This document shows positions 35,991-44,262 of a DNA stretch of 50,029 nt, in pieces; position 1 is the stretch's first letter; the number at the start of each line of letters is the position of its first letter. Position numbers and translations under genes: made by a program. Under the pieces are notes generated by a model. It did not search any database. It was not told the origin of the DNA and saw only the letters and a list, made by a program, of their open reading frames with translations. Source of the DNA: an uncultured Candidatus Saccharibacteria bacterium (GTDB lineage Bacteria > Patescibacteriota > Minisyncoccia > Minisyncoccales > GWA2-38-27); NCBI GenBank assembly GCA_964509645.1, contig CAZDXV010000001.1, positions 81,890 through 131,918 on the forward strand, given 5' to 3'.

Positions 35991-37322
35991 ATGGAAAGAA
36001 TTTTAAGCGCAGAAATAACAAAACATATAGGCAAAACGGTAAAGCTCTCTGGCTGGGTTGATTCCATAAGGTCTCATGGAAAGATTGTTTTTATTGATCT
36101 TCGTGATAGGAGTGGAATTGCACAATTGGTTTGCGTTCCACAAAATAAAGAAGTTTACGAACTTGTCAAAAAGGTTCATCCCGAGTGGGTAATAACAGTG
36201 ACTGGATTTGTATCTAAGCGACCACCAAAAATGATAAACCCAAAGATAAAAACTGGAGAAGTGGAAATTTCTTCAAAAGAAATAAAGATACTTTCCGAAG
36301 CCGAAACTCCGCCTATTCCAGTATGCCAAGAAGAAATTCAAGAATCTAACATCGATAAAAGAATGGGTTGGAGATGGCTTGATTTGAGGAGATCAGAAAA
36401 ACGCCTAATTTTTGAAGTATGGACAACTATGGAACAGGGATGGCGGGAATATCTCATGAAACAAGAATATATCGAAATATATTCGCCCAAACTAATGAAC
36501 GCCCCCAGTGAATCGGGAGCCGAGCTATTCGAAGTTGATTATTTCGATCAAAAAGCCTATTTAGCTCAATCTCCTCAATTCTATAAGCAAATGGCAATGG
36601 CTGCTGGTTTCGAAAAAGTATTTGAATTTGCTCCTGCATTCAGGGCAGACCCCTCTTTTACCTCAAGACATTGCACAGAATTTACATCTTATGATGCAGA
36701 GATTTCTTTTATAGAATCTCATCAAGATGTTATGCATGCTTTAGAAGAAATGATTGTTGCTACTCTTTCTGCTGTCGAGAAAAAACACGGCCAAGAAATT
36801 GAGCAGGCTTATGGAAGAAAATTAGTTGTTCCTACAATTCCATTTCCTCAAGTTACAATGATGCAGGCAAAAAAAATACTTCAAGAATTAGGGATACCCA
36901 GCAAAGAAAGAGGAGATCTTAGTCCCGAAGAAGAAAGAGCTCTTAGCGAGTATATATTAAAAGAAAAAGGGCATGAATTTGTATTTGTGACGGAATATCC
37001 ATCGACGGTTCGCCCCTTTTATCATATGAGACTAGAAACTGACCCAAGTCTTACTAAAAGCTTTGATCTTCTATGGAATGGATTGGAAATTACCACTGGC
37101 GCACAAAGGGAACATAGATACAATATTCTAAAAAAGCAAGCTCAAGAAAAGGGTATAGATTTTGAACAGATTCGTAACTATTTGAATTTTTTTAGATATG
37201 GCTGTCCTCCTCATGGGGGATTCGGACTTGGCCCTTCACGAATGTTGATGAAAATTCTGAACCTGGATAATATACGAGAAACTACATTTATTTATCGAGG
37301 CGTGAAAAGACTAACTCCTTAA
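35991..37322 (+). CDS. aspS: Aspartyl-tRNA synthetase, archaeal/eukaryote-type short form (class IIb)
   Basis: 443 aa. N-terminal OB anticodon-binding domain (GWVDSIRSHGKIVFIDLRDRSG), LAQSPQFYKQ, motif 2 FRADPSFTSRHCTEFTSYDAE, motif 3 GGFGLGPSRMLM, C-terminal RLTP. Asp versus Asn specificity is judged from the QSPQ block only. Confidence 0.75.
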   Translation: MERILSAEITKHIGKTVKLSGWVDSIRSHGKIVFIDLRDRSGIAQLVCVPQNKEVYELVKKVHPEWVITVTGFVSKRPPKMINPKIKTGEVEISSKEIKILSEAETPPIPVCQEEIQESNIDKRMGWRWLDLRRSEKRLIFEVWTTMEQGWREYLMKQEYIEIYSPKLMNAPSESGAELFEVDYFDQKAYLAQSPQFYKQMAMAAGFEKVFEFAPAFRADPSFTSRHCTEFTSYDAEISFIESHQDVMHALEEMIVATLSAVEKKHGQEIEQAYGRKLVVPTIPFPQVTMMQAKKILQELGIPSKERGDLSPEEERALSEYILKEKGHEFVFVTEYPSTVRPFYHMRLETDPSLTKSFDLLWNGLEITTGAQREHRYNILKKQAQEKGIDFEQIRNYLNFFRYGCPPHGGFGLGPSRMLMKILNLDNIRETTFIYRGVKRLTP

Positions 37323-37335
37323 CTCAAAGTTAAAT

Positions 37336-37366
37336 AACCTGCGATATCTCCCGCAGGTTATTTTTT
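37336..37366 (+). terminator. Intrinsic terminator after aspS
   Basis: aacctgcg-atatctcc-cgcaggtt followed by a and T6. Confidence 0.75.
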
Positions 37367-37396
37367 AAGTTCAAGGAAGTTGTTAAATAATTAAAA

Positions 37397-38614
37397 ATGC
37401 GTTATAATGCGAAACAAATGAAAGGCAAAAATACCATAAGATTTCCGAATTATTTAAACGGCAAAACTATTACCGTGCCCTTTAATAACGACTTTAAACT
37501 TATCTCTAAGTTAGGAGAATTATTAAAACCTCCTTTGCCATTTGAAATATCTATTTATTTTGCACCTAATCCTTTAATATCTACTGCAGGAAGGCGATTT
37601 CCTGGTTATGAAAATTTTATAGAAAAGCATAAAAAATTTCAAAATAATAAATTCAATCAGATATTAATTAAAGCATTAAAGGAAGCAAAAAGTTATGGAT
37701 TTACAACTAATCTATTATTAAATAATATTTTACTAGGAATGGCTCATGACAATAAAACACTTGTTCGTGATATTAAAAAAATTCAGAATTATCTAGAAAG
37801 ATTATACAAAACAGGATATTTAGACAAAGTGACTATCGGTAATCCTTATTTATTAGAACTTATCAATTGGAATAAACTAAAAAATCTTGAGATAAAGACA
37901 TCTGTTAATTTTCAAATTAAAAATGCGAAAACAATTGAGATATTAAATATACTTTCTGATAATTGGTTAGAGAAAAATAGATTAACCACCATTGAAATAC
38001 AAAAAGATTTATTACGAGATTTAGAAATATTAAAAAAAATAAAGAAAACAATAAAAGACAAAATAAAACTCTCGATTATTATTAATGAAGGATGTATAAC
38101 TAGTTGTCCATATCAATTGGTTCATCAAATTCATGCTTTCACTACACCCATAGATGCGTTACCCTGTTTTAATAAAGATTTCAAATTTGCTATTGCGAAG
38201 TGTAAATATATTACACGTTCTGCTCCTTGGAAAATCTTTGATTCAAATTGGATTTTGCCGGGACATCTAAAATATTATAAAAATTTAATTGATGAATTTA
38301 AACTAACTGATAGAAATGATTCAACAGAAATAATTTTAAATACTGTAAGAGCTTATATCAGTGGCCAATATGACAAAAAGAATTTATGCAAATTGATAAG
38401 TTTATTGAATATGGAGGAGTTTTTATTTCCAGAATCTGTTCTTGGAAAAAACTTTTTTAAAAAAATTACTTCGGATAGAAAACCCAGTGATAAGTATTAT
38501 AAAAAACTTTGGGAAAAACTAGTAATTTATAATAAAAACAAGGGTGTGAAAGGCGGTATAAAAATCAAAGGTTTACACAAAAGTAATTTACACCATTTTA
38601 TTGGGAATTATTAA
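37397..38614 (+). CDS. Cys-rich hypothetical protein, possibly a peptidase-U32-like TIM barrel (Fe-S?)
   Basis: 405 aa. The order of blocks (NLLLNN..., KVTIGNPYLLELI, LEIKTSVNFQIKN, IIINEGCITSCPY, later CKY) resembles the U32 family layout, but the PROSITE U32 signature is not matched exactly. No CxxxCxxC. Confidence 0.3.
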   Translation: MRYNAKQMKGKNTIRFPNYLNGKTITVPFNNDFKLISKLGELLKPPLPFEISIYFAPNPLISTAGRRFPGYENFIEKHKKFQNNKFNQILIKALKEAKSYGFTTNLLLNNILLGMAHDNKTLVRDIKKIQNYLERLYKTGYLDKVTIGNPYLLELINWNKLKNLEIKTSVNFQIKNAKTIEILNILSDNWLEKNRLTTIEIQKDLLRDLEILKKIKKTIKDKIKLSIIINEGCITSCPYQLVHQIHAFTTPIDALPCFNKDFKFAIAKCKYITRSAPWKIFDSNWILPGHLKYYKNLIDEFKLTDRNDSTEIILNTVRAYISGQYDKKNLCKLISLLNMEEFLFPESVLGKNFFKKITSDRKPSDKYYKKLWEKLVIYNKNKGVKGGIKIKGLHKSNLHHFIGNY

Positions 38615-38636
38615 TATCTAAAATATCTATGTTGCA

Positions 38637-39968
38637 ATGTTGATTGATAGTTGTGCCAAAATTAGTAAAATATCTAAGACACCTATTAAAAAAAAGGTGG
38701 ATTATATTATAAATATAGAATCTAATCCTTCAAAATGGGATAGAATTTTGTCTGTTAACTATAAAAATATTTTTATAGCAATAGGTATTTCACCGGAAAG
38801 AGCGATTATTTACAATAATGAAATAGAAAAAAAATTATTAAAATTGATTAAAAAAAATAAAATAATTGCTATAGGAGTGATCGGATTAGATTATCGTAAT
38901 AAAAAAGCGTCTAAAAATATTCAAAAAAAGATTTTTCAAAGACAACTTGTTTTAGCAAAAGAAAACAATTTACCAGTAATCATATCTTGCCTAAACTCCT
39001 ATCAAGATTGCTATGAGATTTTAAAAAAGATTTATAAAGATAAAGATAAAATAAAAGGAGTTATAAATTTTAGTTCTGAAAATGAGAAACAAATTAAATC
39101 TTTTATCGATTTCGGCATGTTTGTTTCTTTTTCTGGCGATATTATATCTAGAAAAAATAAAAAAGCAGCAAAAATTATACCCTTAATTCCTCAGAATAAA
39201 TTATTGATACGAAGTCTAAATTTTAAAAATAAGAATGAAGACTATAGTAAACTTATTTCTAGCATTAAAAAATCCTTGGAGAAAATTGCTTTAATAAGAA
39301 AAAAAATTAGCGTTGAGGATATTGCTAGAATAGTTAGTTATAACGCTATTTCCCTTTTTCGATTACCTGTTGAGTTAAAAGATAAATACACATACAAAAT
39401 AAGAAATTCTCTTTATATCAATTTAACCAATAGATGTACTAATAAATGTGATTTTTGTCCGCGCCTTGAAGAGCCAGTCGTTAAAGGATATTACTTAGAA
39501 TTAAAAAAAGAACCTACAGCTAAAGAAGTAATCAAGGAAATAGATGATCCTAAAAAATTTGACGAAATTGTTTTTTGTGGCTATGGAGAACCAACAATAC
39601 GACTGAGAACAATGAAAAAAATAGCTAAATGGATTAAAAAAAATGGCGGTAAGACAAGGCTTAATACTAATGGGCTTGGCAGTCTTATCGCGGGTTATAA
39701 TGTAGTTCCTCAACTAAAAGGATTATTTGATACAATTTCTGTAAGTTTAAATTTTCACAATAAAAATTTATATTTAAAACATTGTCATCCTATTTTTGGT
39801 GAAAAAACATGGAAGGGAATATTAACATTTATAGAAGAAACCAAAAAAGTCACTCCTAAAGTTGTTCTGACTGTGGTCGAGAAATATAAAGATGTAGACG
39901 TAAATAAATGCCAAAAAATAGCAAATAGATTAAAAGTTGATCTCAGAAAAAGAACTTATTATGAGTAA
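38637..39968 (+). CDS. Fusion: degenerate TatD-like domain (aa ~1-240) plus radical SAM domain (aa ~255-443, 'TatD-associated radical SAM' type)
   Basis: The TatD-like blocks are present but substituted: LIDSCAK (vs DxHxH), AIGVIGLDY (vs GExGLD), PVIISCL (vs PvviHxR), VINFSS (vs HCF), LLIRSLN (vs lLlETDxP). C-terminal: LYINLTNRCTNKCDFC (CxxxCxxC), VFCGYGEPT, RLNTNG. Confidence 0.65.
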   Translation: MLIDSCAKISKISKTPIKKKVDYIINIESNPSKWDRILSVNYKNIFIAIGISPERAIIYNNEIEKKLLKLIKKNKIIAIGVIGLDYRNKKASKNIQKKIFQRQLVLAKENNLPVIISCLNSYQDCYEILKKIYKDKDKIKGVINFSSENEKQIKSFIDFGMFVSFSGDIISRKNKKAAKIIPLIPQNKLLIRSLNFKNKNEDYSKLISSIKKSLEKIALIRKKISVEDIARIVSYNAISLFRLPVELKDKYTYKIRNSLYINLTNRCTNKCDFCPRLEEPVVKGYYLELKKEPTAKEVIKEIDDPKKFDEIVFCGYGEPTIRLRTMKKIAKWIKKNGGKTRLNTNGLGSLIAGYNVVPQLKGLFDTISVSLNFHNKNLYLKHCHPIFGEKTWKGILTFIEETKKVTPKVVLTVVEKYKDVDVNKCQKIANRLKVDLRKRTYYE

Positions 39969-40803
39969 AAAGGAAATAAATATCCCCTTTGCCGCAATTC
40001 AATTAACCAGTAGATGTAATTTAAATTGTGATTTCTGTTTTCGACGTCTTAACATAGATGAAGTTTCTTTTAATCAAATAAAGGAGGTCATAAAAAAATT
40101 AGCAGAATATAACACAACAACTTTAGTGTTGTCAGGAGGTGAGCCTCTTTTAGTTAAGGATATTAAAAAAATATTAAAATTTGCGAGAAATTTAGGAATA
40201 AAAACCGTTCTTCAATCAAATGGAATTTTATTGAAGAGAAAACTAAACTCTTTCGCCCCTTACATTAATTGGATTTCCCTTTCATTAGATGGTTATAATG
40301 AGCAAACTAATGCAACAATGAGAAGCTCTAAACAACTTAGAGCCACTATAGAAGTTCTTCCTTTGATTAAAAAACATAATATCAAAATAAAATTAGGAAC
40401 AGTTGTAACTAAGAAAAATTATAAGAATATTAAAGACATCGGAAAATTAATTCAACCGTATGTCACAATCTGGAAGTTATATCAATTCTATCCGAGAGCG
40501 CATACTTGTGCTCATAAAAATAAAAATCAGTTTATTATTGATGATCGCACTTTTTTGAAAATAGCTAAACAAATCCGTCGTGCCTTCCCTAAGCTATCCA
40601 TTTCAACTCATTCGGTTAAAGAATTTGATAAAAGCCCGTGTCTTTTAATGAATCCAAATGGAGATGTTTATATTACTCAAAATGCCAAAGATTACTTTAT
40701 TGGGAATTTAGTCAAAAAGCCAGATAAATTTGTTGAAAATTACAGAAAAATGAATATTTTCTCAGAGATAAATAAAAACTTTAATAAAACTTATAAAGAT
40801 TAA
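39961..40803 (+). CDS. Small radical SAM enzyme (no SPASM domain; viperin/MoaA-like core)
   Basis: LTSRCNLNCDFCF (CxxxCxxC), LSGGEPLL, LQSNG, SLSLDG, KLGTVV, then IWKLYQFYP, which resembles the viperin RWKVFQ block. ATG 39961 overlaps the upstream stop (ATGAGTAA). Confidence 0.7.
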   Translation: MSKKEINIPFAAIQLTSRCNLNCDFCFRRLNIDEVSFNQIKEVIKKLAEYNTTTLVLSGGEPLLVKDIKKILKFARNLGIKTVLQSNGILLKRKLNSFAPYINWISLSLDGYNEQTNATMRSSKQLRATIEVLPLIKKHNIKIKLGTVVTKKNYKNIKDIGKLIQPYVTIWKLYQFYPRAHTCAHKNKNQFIIDDRTFLKIAKQIRRAFPKLSISTHSVKEFDKSPCLLMNPNGDVYITQNAKDYFIGNLVKKPDKFVENYRKMNIFSEINKNFNKTYKD

Positions 40804-40807
40804 AAAT

Positions 40808-41440
40808 ATGAAAAATCGTGGCCAATACGACAGTGAATATAAAAATTGTTCTTGTTTCTGGGGATCTGATCCAAGCAAGTATGTCAAATTAATACCCAAT
40901 TATATTTCCTCGGGGCGAGTTCTTGATTTAGGAGCTGGAGAAGGTAAAAATAGTTTTTATCTTGCTTCATTGGGATTTAGGGTAGTAGCAATTGATGTGT
41001 CTTTATACGCTATCAGAAATTTTATCAATAGAGCGATTAAGGAAAGCGATAATAAGAAATCAAAAGTTGAAAACATTGATATAATATATGCTGATATAAC
41101 AGATTGGCCTCTGGCTGATAAATTCGATGTTGTAATATCTTACGGACTTTTACATTGTTTAAATTCCGAAAAAGAAATAGCCTTGCTAATAAAAAAAATG
41201 AAAGTAGCAACCAAAAAAGAGGGGATAAATGTAATTTGCACTTTTACTAATGAACTAGGAATACCCAAAATACAAGACTATCTCAATCCGACGCTCTTGT
41301 CTAAAACGGCTTTAAAGAAAAAACATTATAATGATTGGCAAATACTTAATTACGAGTCTGATATAATTGAACATAAGCATCCTACTTTTAACAAATTACA
41401 TAAACATAGCGTTTGTAGAATGATAGCAAGAAAAAAATGA
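40808..41440 (+). CDS. Class I SAM-dependent methyltransferase, TehB-like
   Basis: VLDLGAGEGKNSFYLASLGFRVVAIDVS (motif I plus an acidic residue at the end of beta-2), DVVISYGLLHCL. Confidence 0.75.
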   Translation: MKNRGQYDSEYKNCSCFWGSDPSKYVKLIPNYISSGRVLDLGAGEGKNSFYLASLGFRVVAIDVSLYAIRNFINRAIKESDNKKSKVENIDIIYADITDWPLADKFDVVISYGLLHCLNSEKEIALLIKKMKVATKKEGINVICTFTNELGIPKIQDYLNPTLLSKTALKKKHYNDWQILNYESDIIEHKHPTFNKLHKHSVCRMIARKK

Positions 41441-41444
41441 ATTA

Positions 41445-42929
41445 ATGTTGAAAATTATCAATAATATTAAGAAATCTATTAAGGAGAGTTTTTTTGATGA
41501 TAAATCTTCGCGGGAAATAAGGAAATGGATTATAGGTAATATAAAATTTAAGAATTCTATCTCTTATAGAGAGGCTTCTTATGCCGTAATGAACCCTACT
41601 GATTTTTGTCCAGTTGGTTGTCCTTATTGTATGTACTCTTCACATAAATTTAAAAAATCTAGAATTAGTAAAAAGCTAATGCAATCTTTCGTTAAAATTG
41701 CTAATCAAGCAAAATTAAAAATGCTTGTATTTTCCGGAGGTGGGGAACCGTTTGAAAATCTAGAGCAAATGTTACAAGCAATTGAAAACATTGAATCTCT
41801 AAAAGATGTAATCATAATAAGTAGTGGTTATTTTGCTAAAAATCCTAAAACTACCAAAGATATCCTAGATAAAATTTATAATGTTGCTAATATTGGAAGG
41901 CAAAGAAAAAATTTTGGAAAAGTGACTATTACCTTAAGAGTTAGCCGAGATTCTTCTCAGTGTAAAGTTATTCCGCTCGAAAATTTAGTTAATATAATAA
42001 ATTATACAATTAGGAAAAACGACTCTTCAAAAATTCGTATTTTAATAAGAACAATATTAAGTTACAGGGAAAATGAGGATTTAAAATTAGCCAAAAAATT
42101 AAATTTTAATCTATTACCCCAGAAAGATAAAAAGAATATTTATAAAAATTTACCTATTATTGATGGACTTCCGACAAGGTGGCTAATAGATAAAAAAGAA
42201 AAAATAGAAATTCCTATAATTTATAAACCATTATATTTTATGGGAAGAGCTAAAAATAAAAATGCTCGAAATAGATATTCTTTATGGAAAATTATTAAAT
42301 CAGAGAAGAGATCAGGTACTTCCTTTAATCCATGCATAAGAGGGCCTAAGGGTGAAGGGCACAATTATTACGAAACTATTCTAAATGGTTATTATTTTTG
42401 GAAAAGAAATATTAAAAAAATAATATATGATACTCCAAAATATAAAACCAGAAAGGAATTAGCACTATATGTTCCAGCGTCTGGCAATATTTTAATTAAT
42501 AATGGAGTACCCGATATTGCTCCGAATCTTAATAAAATAAAAAGTTGGCCCCAATTTTTAAAAATAATCTATAATGATCCTGTTCAAAGATTATTAATTG
42601 AGAAAGGCCCTTTTTTTATTAAATCTATTGCCGAAGAAGTTGAAGAGAATCTAGCTACAAAAATAGAAAAAACTAATTTTGTGTTTGCAGTTTCCTTATT
42701 TAGCTTAAAAACATCATCATTAAGATTATATATTACCTTGCGTGCATTACAATATTATTATAAAAATAATCAAATAAAAATTAATAAGTCTTTGATTAGA
42801 AAATTAGTAGAAACAGATAGAAAGTATTATATAAATTTATATAATAAATGGAAAAATCGCTTTGGTAATAAAGTAATTGAAAAACCATCTATTGATCCTA
42901 TAACTGGAGATACTTCAAGTCTTTTTTAA
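41445..42929 (+). CDS. Large radical SAM protein with a long uncharacterised C-terminal extension
   Basis: NPTDFCPVGCPYCMY (CxxxCxxC) and FSGGGEPF. 494 aa. No second Cys cluster typical of SPASM or twitch domains is visible. Confidence 0.65.
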   Translation: MLKIINNIKKSIKESFFDDKSSREIRKWIIGNIKFKNSISYREASYAVMNPTDFCPVGCPYCMYSSHKFKKSRISKKLMQSFVKIANQAKLKMLVFSGGGEPFENLEQMLQAIENIESLKDVIIISSGYFAKNPKTTKDILDKIYNVANIGRQRKNFGKVTITLRVSRDSSQCKVIPLENLVNIINYTIRKNDSSKIRILIRTILSYRENEDLKLAKKLNFNLLPQKDKKNIYKNLPIIDGLPTRWLIDKKEKIEIPIIYKPLYFMGRAKNKNARNRYSLWKIIKSEKRSGTSFNPCIRGPKGEGHNYYETILNGYYFWKRNIKKIIYDTPKYKTRKELALYVPASGNILINNGVPDIAPNLNKIKSWPQFLKIIYNDPVQRLLIEKGPFFIKSIAEEVEENLATKIEKTNFVFAVSLFSLKTSSLRLYITLRALQYYYKNNQIKINKSLIRKLVETDRKYYINLYNKWKNRFGNKVIEKPSIDPITGDTSSLF

Positions 42930-43008
42930 AAAATATTTAAAGGATATGATTTACTAAAGAGAAAACCAATACAAGATTTACAGGATTTTTTAAAAACATT
43001 AAAACACG

Positions 43009-44016
43009 ATGTATAAAATTAGACCCAATTATAAAATTAATATTAGTAATACCGATATTAACAAAATAGAAAAAATTATTTTCAGGGAAATTGGGTTTAA
43101 AATTAAATTAATAAAAGATAATTCTAATTTAAGAGGTAAAATTTTTAAAACATCTTTTTCAAAGAGAAAACAATATTTTTTAAAGCTTGAACCAGTTAAT
43201 TATTATTCTGAAGCAGAAATTTTAGAAGGAATTCGGAAAATATCAGATCTGCCAGTGCCTAAAGTTATTTGGTATAAAACACGGATATGTAAAGATTATC
43301 ACGCTTTTCTTCTTGAAAGATTGTCGGGTCAAACATTAAACAAAGTTCTGCTTGCGGATAAAAAAAGTTCTCATCATATAGCTAAATTGATAGGGCAAAT
43401 TCTGGCTAAAATTCATTCATTTAAATTTGATACACAAGGATTGCTTAACCGAAAAGGGGAATTAAGAAAAATCTCAGAATCTATCGATAATTTAGTTGGT
43501 GAAAATCTAAAATATTCTTTCGGAATCATTAATGAAAATTATAAATGGTGTAAGAAAAATAAAGTTGACATCAAGGAAAGTTTTTTGTACTCATTTGATA
43601 TTATTAAGAGATTAAAAAAATCAAACAATAAAAAACTTTGTCTTCTGCATGGAGATCTGAAACCATCACATTTTTTCATCAGCAAGGAGAATAGTTACAG
43701 TTATAATGTTTCTGGAATTATTGATTGGGAAGAGTCAATAATTGGAAATCCAGCGTTAGATATAGCTCATTTATTTTTCCAATCCGAGCCCGAAGATCTA
43801 ATTTTTTTAAAAAACGTGTGGAATTCTTATAAAAAATCAACTGATTTTATTCCAACAATACACTGCATCTCAAATTATTTTTTACTGACTTTTTTAATTC
43901 ATTTATCGTATTATGCCGAATATAATATAAAACTACCGGACAGAATGTATCAATTGACAAAAAATCTCAATAGCATTGATACTATAAACAAGTTTTTTAA
44001 CAGAATTTTAGAATAA
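43009..44016 (+). CDS. APH/ChoK-family phosphotransferase (kinase)
   Basis: LCLLHGDLKPSHFFI (Brenner HxDxxxxN-like catalytic loop) and IIDWEESIIGNPALDIAH (DxE/DFG-equivalent). Confidence 0.75.
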   Translation: MYKIRPNYKINISNTDINKIEKIIFREIGFKIKLIKDNSNLRGKIFKTSFSKRKQYFLKLEPVNYYSEAEILEGIRKISDLPVPKVIWYKTRICKDYHAFLLERLSGQTLNKVLLADKKSSHHIAKLIGQILAKIHSFKFDTQGLLNRKGELRKISESIDNLVGENLKYSFGIINENYKWCKKNKVDIKESFLYSFDIIKRLKKSNNKKLCLLHGDLKPSHFFISKENSYSYNVSGIIDWEESIIGNPALDIAHLFFQSEPEDLIFLKNVWNSYKKSTDFIPTIHCISNYFLLTFLIHLSYYAEYNIKLPDRMYQLTKNLNSIDTINKFFNRILE

Positions 44017-44083
44017 ATATATATGCAGAAAATTCAGACAAAAACAAGGAAATATATTTAAAAGAAACCTAAGAGATTTAAAA

Positions 44084-44112
44084 TCGCCAAAAAGGCGATT
44101 TTTTGATAAAAT
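44084..44112 (+). repeat. 29-bp perfect direct repeat, copy 2
   Basis: tcgccaaaaaggcgattttttgataaaat, identical to 34943-34971 and 9141 bp downstream of it. Confidence 0.95.
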
Positions 44113-44124
44113 AAATCAAGAAAC

Positions 44125-44241
44125 ATGAAAAAATATTCTTGTAAAAGAGCCAAAAAAGGAAAAACTGCATATCGGACGCCAAGCAAGTTTATTTACAAGA
44201 AAGCTTTAAAGTCCAAAAAGAATAAAGTTAGAAAAAAATAG
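44125..44241 (+). CDS. Possible 38-aa highly basic peptide
   Basis: MKKYSCKRAKKGKTAYRTPSKFIYKKALKSKKNKVRKK. It is below the ORF-track cutoff, has no convincing SD, and lies between repeat copy 2 and the helicase gene. Confidence 0.2.
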   Translation: MKKYSCKRAKKGKTAYRTPSKFIYKKALKSKKNKVRKK

Positions 44242-44262
44242 CGGAAGGTTAACATTTAAGTT

